DNA of 64,000 nucleotides from Gammaproteobacteria bacterium (GTDB lineage Bacteria; Pseudomonadota; Gammaproteobacteria; Eutrophobiales; Eutrophobiaceae): NCBI GenBank assembly GCA_963422205.2, contig CAXMWX010000005.1, positions 352,001 to 416,000 of the forward strand, read 5' to 3'. Shown piece by piece: positions 60,417 to 64,000 of this stretch (position 1 is its first letter; each line of letters starts with the position of its first letter). The notes under the pieces were generated by a model. It saw only the letters and a program-made list of their open reading frames with translations, ran no database searches and was not told where the DNA came from. The position numbers and the translations under genes were made by a program.

Positions 60417-60790
60417 CAGAGGCGATCTCCCAGCCCGGCATCAACGAAGATATTACGTTGACGAAAAGCAGGCGGCGATTGGGTCAACAGGTGCAGACGC
60501 AGGTTTTTCAATGGCACAGCAAAATATGGCTCTGCTGGTGGCGTGATATGCTGAGTCCATGCAGGCACTGGCTGATGTTTCAGATAGGCCGCCTGTTCAA
60601 CCATCGCCGCCAGATAATTTTGTGTATGATGAGATAGCCCGTTATAGGAGGCATCAGCTACCGCCTCACTGAAATCTGTGGCAGGCACTGCCGTCAGGAA
60701 ATCATTGAGATGGGCATAGACGCATTTGTCCTGCTCGTCATGTTGAAGCGAGGCAAGCAGCTGTCTGAATTTTGCTCTTTGTGGAGACAT
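60416..60790 (-). CDS. Putative antitoxin paired with a nucleotidyltransferase
   Basis: YLAAMVE, P.W, SPP.FR.RNIF; stop overlaps the NTase start. Confidence 0.7.
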   Translation of the reverse strand: MSPQRAKFRQLLASLQHDEQDKCVYAHLNDFLTAVPATDFSEAVADASYNGLSHHTQNYLAAMVEQAAYLKHQPVPAWTQHITPPAEPYFAVPLKNLRLHLLTQSPPAFRQRNIFVDAGLGDRL

Positions 60791-60910
60791 ATGTTTTGTT
60801 AGTGTTCGATTGAAAGGTGTTGTTAGATGTAATATAAAAAAGCTTCATATACAAGGGGTTATTCAAAAAATGTCGACGCTATCTAAGGGATAATAACAAT
60901 CCTTTCCAGT

Positions 60911-61132
60911 TCAACATCCAGCAGAAACCTCTCTATATGCCACTTTAACATTGCTGATATTGGATAAAATAATTTCTACATCATAAATCATGTAATGTTC
61001 CCCGGGCATTTTGGTAATGGTACAAAGCCCTGAGCCGACATCCACCACACGGACATAGACATCATCGGCACTCGGCGTTAATGAAGAGGCTGGCACTACT
61101 ACCAACGCTAACAACAAGACAAGTACACGCAT
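60911..61132 (-). pseudogene. ComEC/Rec2-like MBL-fold N-terminal fragment
   Basis: Signal peptide, VVDVG.GLC, M.YD, then truncated. Confidence 0.55.
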
Positions 61133-61151
61133 AACACATCATCCTCTTTTT

Positions 61152-63761
61152 TTATATTTGAACTCCACGCAGACGAACTTGGAGTTGGTTGCGAATTTCT
61201 TCGTGAATATCGTAGCTAACTTGTTGTTCAAGCCGTAGCGTAAAGGCGATCGCAAAACGAATAACTTCATCTTGGCCAAGACCGCCACCAGAAGCATCTT
61301 TGCACTGCACACGGATCGGAAGTGTAGCATTATCTCCATAATCTGGCACCGAGACTCGCTTGTGGACAAAACGCCGAGACCAAACCGTACCGCGTTTTAG
61401 TAGATCAATGTGTGGTGGGCGTGACCTCATATCGATCCGCCAGGGATTGTCGCCATCCTCAAGGATATCTCCATCTACTGAAATCGCTTCAAGAGCCGCC
61501 AAGCGGTATTTGGCACGCGAAGGATCAACCGGTAAAAACCAGAATAGCGTGACTAACATTGAGCGATGGACTCTGTCTCCCGACATAGAGTGCGGAAGAT
61601 GCATATCGAATATTCTCGCTTCATCTTTTCTGATAGAACCAAGGCCAACTAAAGTGACGCCGTTCCGCGGTCCTTCCAGCATGTGAATCGGCTCAATAAG
61701 CCCGTGCCCGAAATATCGAGCGACTTCCTCTCCCGCCTGGCGAAATCTGCGGCCACTCGGTCGCTGCTCGGATGTATACATCTGATTAGCGGTATCAGGC
61801 CATCTTGATGCGTTGATAGCTAAGGCGCGGGTCAAAAGCGCGAGATTCTCGCGCGACAACTCTGCCCCTTCATAAGGACCATTCTAACTGGTCAGTGCGG
61901 CAGCCGCATTAAGGGCGAAACGGGTCATAAGTGCCGTGGCGCAGCTCGTACCTCGTGAACGAGCGATAGATGCACCACCTCCGCGAGCGGCGGCAACATT
62001 CAGGCCAGTACGATATGATTGGCGCGCAACGTGCAACTTTAGGTCATCTCCCATCGGATGGAGACGGATATCGTGATGGCCGCCTGGAACGACGATGTCA
62101 GGCTTAATTGAGCGAAATGGCCCGAGACCAATGACAGAGTAAATAGCCGGGACAACGTCCCCATCATCATGAAGTTCAACAGTTCCATAGGGTGCTGGCA
62201 ATACCGGCGGCGACAAATCCATTGACACAGCCGAGACGGTTAGTCCGTTCATCGCTTCCGCTGGTGCAAGCAATGTACGCATATGTCTCTGATGACGCAG
62301 CGCGTTTCTAACAAGTGTTTGCCGATCTTGGAGGGTCGCATCTTCAAATTCACTCATAGTCATGTTAGGGATCGTAAGATCGTCGAGAATATTTCCCGAA
62401 GAGATAACGAAGAGGATACCAGCTTTCCATGCCCACCAATCAAGAAGCCGGGCGAGAGCAGTTATACGACCGGCAAAATGCGAATTGCGTACACCGATCG
62501 AAAAATTGACAACAAAGGCATCAGGCGCAAGCGGATTGTTGCCACCATAGGCACGTTGCAACACGGTATGAACGACATCAACAAAGAGGTGGTCACCCGG
62601 CGATGTGGCTCCTCCCTCGAAATCAATGAGAACCGGAATGGAAAGGAGGCGGGTATCGGCAACAGCTGCTCCGTCGCTCAGAAGATCACCTCGCAAGATA
62701 AGAGAGGCCATTTCTGTGGCATGGCGTCTATTCTCAACAGCTGAACGCCCAACTAAGTCTAGAACATCTTCGATCACAACGGCGCCATCAAGGGCTGCAT
62801 GCCCGGCAACAGGTGTGCCATCAAGTAGCAACGCACGAAACGGTCTCGTTGGTTCGAATGCTTCGCGGTTGTTGCTGAAAGTGAGATCGATTGGTGATGA
62901 TTGGTCGGGGAACGATTGTGCAATGGTTTAGGGAAGTACAAATTGCAGCCCATCCAATGTCGCCAAGCCTTCTGGTGCTGACGGATTTTGCAATAGCATT
63001 CGAACAGAAGCAGCGCTTAAATCTACCAATAATGCCTCGTATACAAAGTTCCCCTCTTCAATAGTGCTATGATTGACAACCCGCCCTTCAAGAGCGGCGA
63101 TGCGTGCTTCAGATTCATGCCGCCAACGATTTCGCTTCGCACTATCCCGTGTCGGCCAAATCTCAAGTTCAAGACGTACTTCGTCATCATCTTCAGGCGG
63201 CAGTCTTTCTTCAATAGCTGATATGCTGTCTGATGAGAGCCTGTCCTCTGGCCCCCAGGCTCGAAGTTCGGAAAGCATATCGAACATATTCCACCAAGGG
63301 GCATAACCGGTGTCGGCCTTGGTACCGCGCTGATGGGTACGCCAGAGACGAAGTAACTGTTCAAGCGCTTCTTGAGTGGGTAGAGTAGCGTAGAACATGG
63401 AGCGAACCATATTGATATTTTCTACAATAAAACCATCGGGCAGTTCGTAATTCTCACCAAGCTCAAATTCGCCAAGAACCTCAAGTCCCGCTGATTGTGC
63501 TGCACGAATAAAATTACTGATTGGCACTGCGGTGACAAAGACAAGTGCCCGTTCCGGAGCAATCCCGACAGGATCCTGGCGTAGTTCAAGTGCAGCGTCT
63601 TCATCTGAAAAAGCAGCCTCAAGCCGATCAAATTCGCGGCGAAAACGCTCACCTTGTGCTGCACGACCGACAGACCGTGGTCGTGGGAAGTTAGCAGGTT
63701 GTCCGCGTTGTCGCTGGGCTGGTCGGGAATCAGGAAATCGTAGAATCGGGCGCTCGGTCAT
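61152..63761 (-). pseudogene. S8 serine peptidase (IetS-like) with two in-frame stops
   Basis: Triad segments LLDG, RRHATEMASLI, GTSCAT and IKPDI; stops at 62928 and 61884 in one frame. Confidence 0.85.
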
Positions 63762-64000
63762 CGGCGATATATTGTGCTTGTTGTACCGTTTGAGCCGCCC
63801 ATGCTTTCACCCGGTCATTGACCAAAGTACGAAATGTCACACTACCTTGGGCAAGTGCTTTTCGGCGATGAATATCGTGAAAGAAGCCTTCTGCTTCAGA
63901 AAAATTCTAAGGTGATACGGCGGCACGAAGCCGTTTGGCGGTATAACCAGATCTTTCGTTAAACTTGCGGAGCTTTTGCGTAAAATATTTAGTCATCTGC
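63758..64000 (-). pseudogene. Probable C-terminus of an AAA+ ATPase (IetA-like), partial and disrupted
   Basis: FSEAE.F..DI.RR..L segment directly upstream of the S8 gene; ATPase motifs lie outside the window. Confidence 0.45.

Larger units (their letters stand above)
21597..64000. mobile_element. Genomic island / degenerate ICE with type IVB transfer remnants and TA-rich cargo (extends beyond window)
   Basis: att-like border, no housekeeping genes after it, dotA/traY, topB, tyrosine-recombinase-fold gene, many TA and defence genes and pseudogenes. Confidence 0.8.

Overview
Gammaproteobacterial chromosome segment in two halves. Left (1-~21.6 kb) is core genome of a probable methylotroph: decayed oxidoreductase genes, a tRNA-Pro/Arg/His/Lys cluster, cysS, ppiB, lpxH, ampDE, egtC/egtB-like genes, an alanine/glycine symporter, nadC, divergent fchA/mtdA, a Sel1-SPOR protein, a tandem pair of paralogous hypotheticals, and a LutH-like TonB receptor with very acidic insertions beside a lanpepsy-like double-PepSY protein (candidate lanthanide uptake). 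At 21597 a 19-bp tRNA 3'-end fragment (att-like) marks the start of a genomic island that runs off the window end. The island carries remnants of a type IVB (Dot/Icm / IncI-Tra-like) transfer system (dotA/traY, traW-like, a dotD-pilV fusion), two topoisomerase IA loci, a tyrosine-recombinase-fold gene preceded by seven iteron-like repeats, and a dense set of toxin-antitoxin-type genes (4 HipA, 3 Fic, Doc, HigBA, 5 nucleotidyltransferases, 2 Uma2). The most striking observation is that many of these unrelated toxin-type proteins carry short Pro/Ser/Gly-rich C-terminal tails ending in motifs such as GPGM, PSPGM, MPMGM and TPSM, which suggests TA enzymes tagged for T4SS export. All family assignments come from motif recognition by eye, not from database searches.
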